DNA from: an uncultured Candidatus Saccharibacteria bacterium
Lineage (GTDB): Bacteria; Patescibacteriota; Dojkabacteria; CAZCSM01
Direction: 5' to 3'
Length of the DNA: 64,000 nucleotides
NCBI GenBank assembly: GCA_964501355.1
Contig: CAZCSM010000006.1
Span: 2,347 to 66,346 of the forward strand
A model generated the notes under the pieces. It had not been told where the DNA came from. It made no database searches and was given only the letters and a program-made list of their open reading frames with translations. This document shows positions 52,117-61,174 of this stretch, piece after piece (the stretch's first letter is position 1; every line of letters starts with the position of its first letter). The position numbers and the translations under genes were made by a program.

Positions 52117-53244
52117 ATGCCCGAAGATACAACACAAACAAGCGCAAGTGTTACTGCAGTACCTACTCAAGCATTGAAACCTTCAGGACCTTTGACTATG
52201 GCGAAGCTTTTGCAGCTCGTTGTTGATAGAGATGCTTCGGATCTTCATCTTACTGCCGGTTATCCTCCTATTCTTCGAATTGACGGAAAGCTTGTTTCTT
52301 ACGGAGTTAAACCTTTGGAAGCGGAAGATGTAAAAAAGCTTGTTTTGCAGACATTACCGGATGAACAAAAGGAACTACTTGAGGTGAACAAAGAAGTTGA
52401 TTTGTCATATGCTTTCGAAGAAAAAGCAAGATTTAGAATCAACGCCTATAACGAGAGAGGAAATGTTGCTGCTGCATATCGTTTGATTCCACAGGAGATA
52501 AGGTCTATGGAAACGTTGGGACTTCCGCAAATCTTTCATGAATTCACAAAACTTCCACAGGGTCTGGTTTTGCTTACAGGTCCTACCGGACATGGAAAAA
52601 GTACTACGCTTGCTGCTCTATTGAATGAAATTAATATGACCCAGGCAAGACATATTGTTACGATCGAAGACCCTATTGAATACCTTTACCCTGTTGGAAA
52701 ATCTCTTGTTGATCAAAGAGAGCTTCACAGAGATACTCATTCTTGGGAGATTGCTCTTCGAAGTGTTCTTCGTCAGGACCCTGATGTTGTTCTTCTCGGT
52801 GAGATGCGAGATTACGAAACAATTTCAGCGGCAATAACAGTTGCTGAAACGGGTCATTTGGTATTTGCGACTTTGCATACAAATAGTGCATCTCAATCAA
52901 TCGATAGAATAATCGATGTTTTTCCTGAACATCAACAGGCTCAGACACGAACACAGCTTGCAAATATTCTTGAAGGGGTTGTTTCTCAGCGACTTGTCCC
53001 CGTAATAGGTGGTGGTCGAAAAGCTGTTGTTGAAGTAATGCTTGCAACATCTGCCGTCAGGAATACAATTAGAGAAGGTAAAACATACCAAATTGATAAT
53101 ATTATTGCAACCAGTGGTGATGTGGGGATGATAAGTTTAGAGAAGTCACTTGTGAATCTTGTTCGCGAAGGAAAGCTAACGCTTGAAGAAGCTCAAGCCC
53201 ACTCTCTCAAACCAGAGGAGATTGTAAGATTGGTTCGGGGATAA
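52117..53244 (+). CDS. pilT: Type IV pilus retraction ATPase
   Basis: ASDLHL, GPTGHGKSTTLAA, TIEDPIEY, QRE, LRQDPDV.L.GEMRD, AETGHLVFATLH, AVRNTIRE (AIRNLIRE-like). Confidence 0.95.
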   Translation: MPEDTTQTSASVTAVPTQALKPSGPLTMAKLLQLVVDRDASDLHLTAGYPPILRIDGKLVSYGVKPLEAEDVKKLVLQTLPDEQKELLEVNKEVDLSYAFEEKARFRINAYNERGNVAAAYRLIPQEIRSMETLGLPQIFHEFTKLPQGLVLLTGPTGHGKSTTLAALLNEINMTQARHIVTIEDPIEYLYPVGKSLVDQRELHRDTHSWEIALRSVLRQDPDVVLLGEMRDYETISAAITVAETGHLVFATLHTNSASQSIDRIIDVFPEHQQAQTRTQLANILEGVVSQRLVPVIGGGRKAVVEVMLATSAVRNTIREGKTYQIDNIIATSGDVGMISLEKSLVNLVREGKLTLEEAQAHSLKPEEIVRLVRG

Positions 53245-53280
53245 AGGAAAATTTAAAATTAAAAATGAAAAATTTTAAAA
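53243..53280 (+). repeat. Left arm of an AT-rich inverted repeat flanking the four-helix-bundle gene
   Basis: 32/38 match to the reverse complement of 53643-53680; 7-nt periodic AAAAATT units. Confidence 0.7.
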
Positions 53281-53633
53281 AAGAGGAGAAAATTCAGTAT
53301 AGGGCTTATGCTTTTTCTCTTAATGTTATAAATCTTTTAAAGAGAAGTAAGAAACATGATTATATAAACGAGGTTCTTTTCAAGCAAATACTTCGTTCTG
53401 TAACTTCGATTGGAGCAAACATTATTGAGGGTCAAGCGGGAATTAGTCGTAAGGAGTTTCGAAATTATATGAGTATTGCACTCAAAAGTGCAAATGAAAC
53501 AAAATATTGGTTAGCACTAATACGAGATTTAAGGATATTTGTGAAAGATGATGTTGACTCGTTAATAGAAGAGTCAATAGAGATTGCAAATATATTAGGA
53601 GCGATTGTCTTCAAGTTAAGGAAAAATGACTAA
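53265..53633 (+). CDS. Four-helix-bundle protein (23S rRNA intervening-sequence protein / bAvd-like family)
   Basis: RAYAFSLNVI...KQILRSVTSIGANIIEG...SRKEF..Y..IALKSANETKYWL. Confidence 0.9.
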   Translation: MKNFKKEEKIQYRAYAFSLNVINLLKRSKKHDYINEVLFKQILRSVTSIGANIIEGQAGISRKEFRNYMSIALKSANETKYWLALIRDLRIFVKDDVDSLIEESIEIANILGAIVFKLRKND

Positions 53634-53642
53634 TGTGGAATG

Positions 53643-53680
53643 TTTTTGAATTTTTAACTTTTAATTTTTAATTTTCTTTT
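53643..53680 (-). repeat. Right arm of the inverted repeat flanking the four-helix-bundle gene
   Basis: TTTTTGAATTTTTAACTTTTAATTTTTAATTTTCTTTT, ending immediately before the pilC ATG. Confidence 0.7.
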
Positions 53681-54895
53681 ATGCCGAAATTTTACTATAC
53701 AGCTAGAACTAAAACGGGAGAAGAACGAAAAGGAGATGTCGAGAGCAATTCAAAAGGTCAAGTTGCCGACTTGCTTCGCTCAAAAGGACTCGTTCCTATT
53801 GAAATTGATGAACAGAGAGGCTTCAACTTTGAGAAGCTTTCTGAAACGAATGTCGGCGGAGTGCCCATGAACGAGAAGGTTGTCTTTATGAGGCAGCTTG
53901 CGACCATGGTCGGTGCAGGATTACCACTTGTTCAAAGTATCGAAATTCTACAAGCTCAAGCTCAGAATAAGGCTTTTCAGGTTGCTCTAAAGAATATTGT
54001 AGATGCAATTCGTGGAGGTAGTAATCTTGCAGATTCAATGGATAAACAAACGGGAGTGTTTGATGAAATTACTGTTAATCTTGTCCGTGTTGGTGAGGAA
54101 ACAGGAAAGTTGGAGGAGATATTCAATCGTCTTGCGGATGATATGGAAGATCAGCGAACTTTTAGAAGCAAAGTTCAAAGTGCAATGGTCTACCCAATAA
54201 TCATAATTCTAGTTATGGTTGCGGTCGTTGGGATTCTTCTTGTCACAATGGTGCCTCAAATGACTGAAATGTATCAGGAATTTGATGCTGAACTTCCTCT
54301 TCCCACGAGGATGATGGTTTGGTTGAGTGATGTTTTAATTAATTATTGGTGGTTGGTAGGACTTCTTGTTGCTATTGTTGTAGGAAGTTTCGTTGCTTAT
54401 CGTAGATCTCCCGCCGGTCGAGAAATTACTGATAGTCTAATGTTAAAGATTCCGGTTTTTGGGAAATTGATGAGAGATGTTCAGGTCGCCGATTTCACAA
54501 GAACTTTTGAGTTGATGATGGCTAGCGGTATTGATATTACAAAGGCACTTGAAGTAACAGCTGCATCCCTCAGCAATATCATGTTTCGAAAAACAGTTGA
54601 GGCGACGATTAAGAAAGTAGAAAAAGGTGTTCCTCTCGCTGTGCCGATTTCTGAAGATCCCAACTTTCCTGTGATTGTCAGCCAGATGATTGCTGTCGGT
54701 GAAGAAACCGGGAAAGTCGATGTAATCCTGGGCAAATTAAATGAGTATTACACGGAAGAAGTTAACCATACAGTAAATAACTTGACAGCTTTATTGGAAC
54801 CAATTATCTTAGTAGTGATGGGTACTGTTGTAGGATTTATTGCTATAGCAATTTACCTTCCAATATTCCAAATTGGAGAAACAATGGGCGTTTAA
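53681..54895 (+). CDS. pilC: Type IV pilus platform protein PilC, cluster 2
   Basis: FMRQLATMVGAGLPL, GEETGKL, SAMVYP, ELPLPT, MIAVGEETG, LLEPII. Confidence 0.94.
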   Translation: MPKFYYTARTKTGEERKGDVESNSKGQVADLLRSKGLVPIEIDEQRGFNFEKLSETNVGGVPMNEKVVFMRQLATMVGAGLPLVQSIEILQAQAQNKAFQVALKNIVDAIRGGSNLADSMDKQTGVFDEITVNLVRVGEETGKLEEIFNRLADDMEDQRTFRSKVQSAMVYPIIIILVMVAVVGILLVTMVPQMTEMYQEFDAELPLPTRMMVWLSDVLINYWWLVGLLVAIVVGSFVAYRRSPAGREITDSLMLKIPVFGKLMRDVQVADFTRTFELMMASGIDITKALEVTAASLSNIMFRKTVEATIKKVEKGVPLAVPISEDPNFPVIVSQMIAVGEETGKVDVILGKLNEYYTEEVNHTVNNLTALLEPIILVVMGTVVGFIAIAIYLPIFQIGETMGV

Positions 54896-54973
54896 TTTAT
54901 GTTATCCTGAATTTATTTCAGGATTTCATAAAGAAATATATGTTTACACTTTTTAATTAATAAAATTTCAAGA

Positions 54974-55390
54974 ATGGAGCAAAAACAAAAAGGTTTCACA
55001 ATCATTGAACTTCTCGTAGCTATGGCAATCTTGGGTCTGCTTATTGCTGTTATGATTCCTGGTATTGCCGTTGTTAGAAGAGGTGCTAGAAACACGGCAA
55101 GAAGAACTAGTTTGCAGGCTATCCAAGCCGCAATTGAAGATTATTATGGTACGGCTAGAAAATATCCGACCGTCACAAACAATGCTCCATCAGGGATTAC
55201 AATTAACTATACCGGTGCTGATGCGGAAGTTGATTCTCAGTTTACAGATACAGCTGCCACTGCTGCTTGTGGTAGTGCAATTAGTGATGTACAGTTTCGC
55301 TATAAATATGAATTAGTTACAGGTGGATACAAGCTAACTGCTTGTATGGAACCGGACGGTGAATCTTATATTCTGGATGGCACAAACTAG
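54974..55390 (+). CDS. Type IV pilin
   Basis: KG|FTIIELLVAMAILGLL...ARNTARR...IQAAIEDYY...YP; two C-terminal Cys. Confidence 0.9.
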   Translation: MEQKQKGFTIIELLVAMAILGLLIAVMIPGIAVVRRGARNTARRTSLQAIQAAIEDYYGTARKYPTVTNNAPSGITINYTGADAEVDSQFTDTAATAACGSAISDVQFRYKYELVTGGYKLTACMEPDGESYILDGTN

Positions 55391-55417
55391 TTAATAAAGT
55401 TTTGTGGATTAGTTATT

Positions 55418-55443
55418 AAAAGAGAACCTTCGGGTTCTCTTTT
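55418..55443 (+). terminator. Intrinsic terminator after pilin
   Basis: AAAAGAGAACC-TTCG-GGTTCTCTTTT (C-UUCG-G tetraloop). Confidence 0.85.
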
Positions 55444-55474
55444 GTTATGGGATGGATACCGTGAATAATATTTT

Positions 55475-55552
55475 GTAGGGAACAGATATACCTGTTCCCT
55501 ACAGGATGTAGAATTATGGAATTCGTAGGGACAGGTCGCGACCTGTACCTAC
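55475..55552. repeat. Pair of GTAG-type REP-like palindromes
   Basis: GTAGGGAACAGATATACCTGTTCCCTAC (55475-55502) and GTAGGGACAGGTCGCGACCTGTACCTAC (55525-55552). Confidence 0.75.
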
Positions 55553-55591
55553 ATTGTGCTATGATGGTTTTATAAAATTAATTTTAATCAC

Positions 55592-56446
55592 ATGCTTTAT
55601 ATTCTTCTCCCTACTCTATTCATCTTCGGTCTTGCATTCGGTAGTTTTCTGAACGCTTTTGAATATCGATTATTTACGAAAAAAGACTGGGTGAAGGCAA
55701 GATCTCACTGTCCGAATTGCAAACATGAATTGTCTGCTCTGGATTTAGTTCCGGTTTTTTCCTGGTTATTTCTTGGTGGAAAGTGTAGATATTGCAGCAA
55801 GAAGATTTCTTGGCAGTATCCGGTTGTTGAGTTGGTTCTGGGAGTTTTGTTTGTAGTATATGGCTGGGTTGCTTTTGGTGGGATTTTGGGGGAACAGATA
55901 TATCAGTTCCCTACGATTGTCGATTTTACAAATTTGATTTTTGGGCTGATTGTTATTTGGTCTCTTGTTTTCTTTACAGTTTACGATTTGAAATATGGTT
56001 TGATTCCGGACAAGGTTTTGTTCCCATTGATTTGTCTGACACTTGTTAGAAATATTATTTTTTATGTATTGCGAATTCAAAATAGTCTTTCTCCATTTCT
56101 TGCTGATTTCAACTTCTGGAATCATATTCTGGCAGCGGTTTTGGCTGGCGGTTTCTTTTTCTTGGTTATCTATTTCACCAAAGGTCGTGGTATGGGTGGT
56201 GGTGATATGAAGCTTGTTTTTTGGTTTGGTTTGCTTTTGGGAGGCGCCCCTACTCTGGTTTCTCTTTATATTGGATTTATTGTTGGCGGAATTTATGGTG
56301 CAGTTGTTTTGTTAATTGGAAAAAAGAAATTTGGACAAACAGTTCCTTTTGGTCCATTTTTATGTTTGGGGGCAATTATTGTTCTTCTTGCACAGGATTA
56401 TCTTGTGGACTGGGCAAATCAGACTTTCTTTGGGGGAATCCTCTAA
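55592..56446 (+). CDS. pilD: Prepilin peptidase
   Basis: GSFLN, RSHCPNC, DLVPVFSWL.L.GKCRYC..KISWQYP, YDL (Asp), GMGGGDMKL, VPFGPFL. Confidence 0.95.
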   Translation: MLYILLPTLFIFGLAFGSFLNAFEYRLFTKKDWVKARSHCPNCKHELSALDLVPVFSWLFLGGKCRYCSKKISWQYPVVELVLGVLFVVYGWVAFGGILGEQIYQFPTIVDFTNLIFGLIVIWSLVFFTVYDLKYGLIPDKVLFPLICLTLVRNIIFYVLRIQNSLSPFLADFNFWNHILAAVLAGGFFFLVIYFTKGRGMGGGDMKLVFWFGLLLGGAPTLVSLYIGFIVGGIYGAVVLLIGKKKFGQTVPFGPFLCLGAIIVLLAQDYLVDWANQTFFGGIL

Positions 56447-56452
56447 TCGGTT

Positions 56453-56683
56453 ATAGGTTTTAGTTTCTAGGTGTTAGTAGTGACAAATCAAGCTAATTTT
56501 TTGAACTAAACTCGTTTTTTGAATTTGAAGTTTTGACAAGTTTCTCTTGATAATTGGGAAACTTAGAGAAGTAATAATGAGAATGATTTTACGAAATATT
56601 CTTCTTCCATGGCAAACCTGACGATTGCAACAGAAATAGAACTTATTGTTTCTGAAACCTATAAACTAGAACCTAAAACCTAT
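56453..56683. repeat. Intergenic segment bounded by an 18-bp inverted repeat
   Basis: ATAGGTTTTAGTTTCTAG (56453-56470) versus CTAGAACCTAAAACCTAT (56666-56683): 17/18 complementary. Confidence 0.65.
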
Positions 56684-56752
56684 TCCCTGTTTTCATTGCT
56701 TTCTCCCCCTACTCTTTGCTATTCTGGTATGTAGAAATTTATCAAAAATTTA

Positions 56753-57295
56753 ATGTCTAATAAGTACTGCTCGAGAAACGGTTTTACAATAATTGAGCTG
56801 ATGATTGTGATGGCTATCATCGGTGTTCTTATGCCACTTGGTATCAATGCCTTTGTGAGTACGCGCCGATCAAGGGAAGTCGCAGAAGCTGCTGCAAACG
56901 CTCGCGATGTAATTAAAAGTGCTCGTGCAATGGCGCTTTCTGTCTCTTCGCCAATAACCGAGACTGATTGGCCCGTTGCGTATGAAGTGGTTTTCTCAAG
57001 TGGTAATAATACCGTGACAACAAATACTAGAGCCGTATCTGGTGATGAGCAATATTCGGACTGGGTTGCGGCTCCGGGATACTCAACGACGCAAGTCTCT
57101 TCATTGAATTTTGCGCCAGCATCTGTTTCAACACCTTCTTGTGATCGTGTTGTGTTTTCAAGCGTAAATGGGGAGATGTTCATCTATGATTCAATCTATG
57201 GAGTAAAGAGTAGTTGTACGATAACATTCACTTCGGGTAATAAAACTAGAACATTAGTCCTAAATTCTGCGCTTAAGCAGTTTGATATAGAATAG
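56753..57295 (+). CDS. Minor pilin (FimT/GspH-like)
   Basis: NG|FTIIELMIVMAII...ARAMALS. Confidence 0.87.
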   Translation: MSNKYCSRNGFTIIELMIVMAIIGVLMPLGINAFVSTRRSREVAEAAANARDVIKSARAMALSVSSPITETDWPVAYEVVFSSGNNTVTTNTRAVSGDEQYSDWVAAPGYSTTQVSSLNFAPASVSTPSCDRVVFSSVNGEMFIYDSIYGVKSSCTITFTSGNKTRTLVLNSALKQFDIE

Positions 57296-57298
57296 AAA

Positions 57299-57715
57299 AT
57301 GAATTTTCTTAAAAAGCAAATTAAAGATCAAAAAGGCGCAAGCATTATCGAAACGCTTGTGGCATTAGCATTCATTGCGATTGTTTCATCATCATTTATC
57401 AATCTTGCAATTGTTGCAAGAAAGATTTCATTTCGGAATCGAGTGCAAAATGATCTTGGAAGATATGCGGGGATGATAGCAGAGGAAGTTGTGAAGGATT
57501 ATACATTAGAAGGGAATTCTATTATTAGTAGTAATCGATATTGTATAACTAATGTTAATAGTGAGGTTGGGGCTTTGGTTGAAGGTTTCCTTGAAACCTT
57601 TGATTCGTATACTTGCACTTTCCCTACAATAGCAGAAGGGAATTATCAAATTAAATTAACGGTAGATGTCTTTGGCAAAACGTTAGAAGCAAAAAGATTT
57701 GTGATATTAAAATGA
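57299..57715 (+). CDS. Minor pilin (PilV-like)
   Basis: KG|ASIIETLVALAFIA. Confidence 0.82.
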   Translation: MNFLKKQIKDQKGASIIETLVALAFIAIVSSSFINLAIVARKISFRNRVQNDLGRYAGMIAEEVVKDYTLEGNSIISSNRYCITNVNSEVGALVEGFLETFDSYTCTFPTIAEGNYQIKLTVDVFGKTLEAKRFVILK

Positions 57716-58263
57716 AGAAATTTCTTAAAAAACCGAATACTCAAGAATCCGGCTTTACGTTAATAGAATTGATGATCTCCATGGGGCTTCTTACTTTCGT
57801 CATGGGGATTTCTATGAATATTCTTTCCATTGTCCTGGAACTTACCAATGATGCTGATTATTCAGCTGTTATTACGCAGGAATCAAATTACGCATCGGAA
57901 AGAGTGAAGAGAATGGTCCGAAGTGCGGAAAAGTTTACAGTATCAGATAATGGGACACCCGAAATTGGAGATGATTCTCTGGAAATTGTTTTGGATGGTC
58001 GAACACATCAGTTGACTCTGCAACTCGTACCGGGTTTTACAGATAGGTTTACTTTGAAAGAGCAGATAAGTGGAAATCCCTCTTCCTCTATTCTTTCTTC
58101 TGAGGTATATATTAAACAATTTGGTTCAGAGCCTGTTTTTACAGATGTAAATGGAATTGGGGTTAGGATGGCCTTTGAGATATACCATGAGAGGGATGAT
58201 AATTCTAGTGCTGGTGCGTTTGTTTATACTCAGGCAATTGGTAGAAACGAGATTTTGAATTAA
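57712..58263 (+). CDS. Minor pilin (PilW-like)
   Basis: SG|FTLIELMISMGLL...QESNYASERVKRMVRSA. Confidence 0.87.
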   Translation: MKKFLKKPNTQESGFTLIELMISMGLLTFVMGISMNILSIVLELTNDADYSAVITQESNYASERVKRMVRSAEKFTVSDNGTPEIGDDSLEIVLDGRTHQLTLQLVPGFTDRFTLKEQISGNPSSSILSSEVYIKQFGSEPVFTDVNGIGVRMAFEIYHERDDNSSAGAFVYTQAIGRNEILN

Positions 58264-58306
58264 CAGAAAAGATTTTGATATAAGTCAGTTTTGTGTAATA
58301 CTGGTT

Positions 58307-58341
58307 TAAAAGATAAAAGATAAAAGATAAAAGATAAAAGA
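58307..58341 (+). repeat. Tandem heptamer (TAAAAGA)x5
   Basis: Five perfect units; the last one supplies the A of the ATG at 58341. Confidence 0.9.
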
Positions 58342-59096
58342 TGAAAATCTGTGGTTATAGCAAAAATGAAAAAGGTCAGGTTTTATTGATGGTTATTATT
58401 ACCAGCACTATTGCTCTGCTTATAGTCACAGGTGTTTTTATGAGAGTTATGAAGTTAACACGTCAGGGTGTTGAGATGGAAACACACGATGCTGCATTTA
58501 GTGCTGCAGAAAAATACGCTAGACAGATCTTAGATCAACTAGAGTTAGGAAATACTGTGTCAGATACAACTTTGCAACAATGGGTTACTAATTACGATGA
58601 TTTAATTGCTGCAAGCAGAAATGAAATCAATAATATAAATGGATATTCTTTGGAAGATGGTAGTTCTTTTGAGATGGTTGGGGAAATGACCGGTTCTACA
58701 ACCTTCAAAATAGGTTCAGGATCTTGGGGAGATGTACGTATTCTTTTCACCTCCGTTGTTTATTCAGGGGGGCAATATTCAGTTCAAAAAAGAATATTTA
58801 AAACATGTAGTAATACTGATGGTGATTTGACAGCAGTTACATGTGCTTCTGCTTTGGATGTAGATACTTTTACTTATACACATCAGCCAGGCGAGGTTAC
58901 AGTACGAATGAAGCCAATCGGCGGAAAGGTCTCTTTAAATATAAATTCTTCTGCTAATCTATTTAATGAGTTTTCGTTTACAACTCGTGAAGAAGGCACT
59001 TTGTCCGAAGCCACATTATCAGTTCCTGTCTCAAAATCAATGCCTTCCCTATTCGATCATGTTTTGTATAATGGAAAAAGTCAAATTAATAAATGA
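58341..59096 (+). CDS. PilX-like minor pilin
   Basis: KG|QVLLMVII, AFSAAE, C-terminal PSLFDHVLYNG. Confidence 0.78.
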   Translation: MKICGYSKNEKGQVLLMVIITSTIALLIVTGVFMRVMKLTRQGVEMETHDAAFSAAEKYARQILDQLELGNTVSDTTLQQWVTNYDDLIAASRNEINNINGYSLEDGSSFEMVGEMTGSTTFKIGSGSWGDVRILFTSVVYSGGQYSVQKRIFKTCSNTDGDLTAVTCASALDVDTFTYTHQPGEVTVRMKPIGGKVSLNINSSANLFNEFSFTTREEGTLSEATLSVPVSKSMPSLFDHVLYNGKSQINK

Positions 59097-61081
59097 ATGT
59101 GTTTTTAGGAAAATCTATGGGAAAAATTTTGTTTAAAACTTTACTGATTGCTATTTCACTGATTATATTTGGGGGAATCTATTTCTTTTCCGGAAAGCCC
59201 ATTTTTGCAGCATGTGGAGATACTTGTTGTGTCTATTATTGGAAAGATGGTGCTGGAAACGATGTGTGCGGGGATTGGGATACTATTAGATGCGATGGGT
59301 GTTCTCAGAATCCTCCAGTATGTTGCGGACATTGTGGACCTTGTGCGCCAGCACCTTCTGCCGTTTGTGGAAATGGAAGTAAAGAAGGTTCTGAGCAGTG
59401 CGATGATGGTAATACAACAAGTGGGGACGGGTGTAGTAGCTCATGTATAACTGAGTTTTGCGGTGATGGGACGACACAGAACTGGCCTGGGCATACGGAA
59501 GAGTGTGACGATCATAATACAACAAGTGGGGACGGGTGTAGTAGTTTATGTATAACTGAGTTTTGCGGTGATGGTATCATACAGAATTGGCCGGGACATA
59601 CCGAGCAGTGTGATGATTGGGGTACTGCGCCTAATGATGGTTGTAGCGCAACTTGTCAAAAAGAGGTTTGGCCAATAGCAAAAATAGAGGCAATGGATAT
59701 CAACAATAATTTAATAGAGCATAACGCTCCTGGAGGTATACCTGATCTTAATCAGTATAAGGAGCTTAATCGTAGTACAAGTGATGATTATTTGAGACTT
59801 TCTACTGAGGGTCAAATTCCATTTGGATATAACATAGATCGAATAGAAATGTATTTTCGTAAAAGATATAACTTTGATGGAGCAGTTCCTTCATTAGCGG
59901 AGGCTCAGGCTGAATGTACCAACGGCTGGAGTACACCTCCTTCAAATCCCAGCTCCGCTTGGTGTGTTTATCAGACACCTCTATCATGTACATCTGGAAC
60001 ATGTTCTTCTTCAAGTGATTTTGCAACCTGGGACCCAGGCAATTACTCTTCAGGTTATTATGAATTCGTTATCAATGCTTTTGCGGATGGTGGTAATTGT
60101 ACGGGAAACCGAGATCATGATGGATATAATGCTGCGTTAGGTGTTCAAACCATAGCTCCTTGGTATGATTGTGATCCATATACGACGGAGGATGAAAGTA
60201 ACACGGTTTTCCCCAATCCTTGGTCCGGGGTAAATGAAGAAAGTGACTCTTTACAGATTGCATTGCTAGATAGCTGCGGAAATGGTATTAAAGAGGAATC
60301 TGAAGAATGTGACGATGCAAATGCTAGCAATTTTGATTCTTGTCGAGATAATTGTCTCTGGAACGTTTGTGGTGATGAGTATCCAAATACTGATGGAGAT
60401 CTTACAGATGCAACACAGACCCCACCGGCAAATAGCTATGTTGAAGAATGTGATCAAGGTGGTAATAATGGAACGGGACATGGTTGTGCACTTGATTGTT
60501 CTTTCGAAAATGGTGCTTGGTTTAGAACCTGGGATGGCGATATTTACTCAAGTGAGGGTGTCACTCAACGTGTCTCTGCAGACGTCCCCCTAGATCCTGT
60601 ATTCTCAACATATATGTGTTATGACAGTTATGGTATTTTCACAGTTGGGTTAGGATGTTTCAATACAAATATACTTGATGACGAGCCTAATTCGCCTTTT
60701 TATGTTGACTTGGATTTGAGTACAAGCGAGATTTCTCCTGTGGAAATAAAGACAAACGAAGAGTTTGTGAAAATACAAGCAAAATTATCTGGATTTACAA
60801 ATGAACAGAATTTTAGCAATAATGGAGTTGAAGTTACATTTTATAATGTTGCGGGAGGAGTCCGTACTATGCCGGAAAGAATAGAAGATAATAGAATCGT
60901 TTACTTGTCTGATAATCTAGAAATTGGGGAGAATATTGAATATAGTGAATCTTGCGCTGATGAGAAATCGTGTTCTTTATTAATTGTTGTAGATGGTAGT
61001 GTTACAATTACAAAAGATGTTGAGCATATAGACGCCTTCATTATTGCAAGTGGTAGAATTATAGTTGAGAGTGGGTATTAA
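59093..61081 (+). CDS. Secreted/anchored Cys-rich repeat protein (Myxococcus Cys-rich/DUF4215-like)
   Basis: N-terminal hydrophobic segment; repeated CG(N/D)G....E.CDDGN...GDGCS..C; C-terminal WFRTWDGDIYS...LIVVDGSVTI...IDAFIIASG. Confidence 0.82.
   Translation: MNVFLGKSMGKILFKTLLIAISLIIFGGIYFFSGKPIFAACGDTCCVYYWKDGAGNDVCGDWDTIRCDGCSQNPPVCCGHCGPCAPAPSAVCGNGSKEGSEQCDDGNTTSGDGCSSSCITEFCGDGTTQNWPGHTEECDDHNTTSGDGCSSLCITEFCGDGIIQNWPGHTEQCDDWGTAPNDGCSATCQKEVWPIAKIEAMDINNNLIEHNAPGGIPDLNQYKELNRSTSDDYLRLSTEGQIPFGYNIDRIEMYFRKRYNFDGAVPSLAEAQAECTNGWSTPPSNPSSAWCVYQTPLSCTSGTCSSSSDFATWDPGNYSSGYYEFVINAFADGGNCTGNRDHDGYNAALGVQTIAPWYDCDPYTTEDESNTVFPNPWSGVNEESDSLQIALLDSCGNGIKEESEECDDANASNFDSCRDNCLWNVCGDEYPNTDGDLTDATQTPPANSYVEECDQGGNNGTGHGCALDCSFENGAWFRTWDGDIYSSEGVTQRVSADVPLDPVFSTYMCYDSYGIFTVGLGCFNTNILDDEPNSPFYVDLDLSTSEISPVEIKTNEEFVKIQAKLSGFTNEQNFSNNGVEVTFYNVAGGVRTMPERIEDNRIVYLSDNLEIGENIEYSESCADEKSCSLLIVVDGSVTITKDVEHIDAFIIASGRIIVESGY
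59411..59620 (+). repeat. 105-bp tandem duplication inside the Cys-rich gene
   Basis: AATACAACAAGTGGGGACGGGTGTAGTAG...ATGTATAACTGAGTTTTGCGGTGATGG recurs at 59411 and 59516. Confidence 0.85.
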
Positions 61082-61174
61082 GTTGAAATGAATATGTTGG
61101 TTTTGGAGTAAAACCATTTACGTCTTCGGTATGGGAGAAGAAGTGATAATGAAATCTTTTTAGAAAATTCTGAT

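Noticed and set aside
53265-53633. Diversity-generating retroelement suggested by the Avd-like fold
   Set aside because: No reverse transcriptase and no template/variable repeat pair with A-specific mismatches. The xer-tail repeat mismatches are synonymous and not A-restricted.
55475-55552. Mini CRISPR array
   Set aside because: Only two non-identical palindromes with a 22-nt gap and no cas genes; they fit GTAG REPs better.
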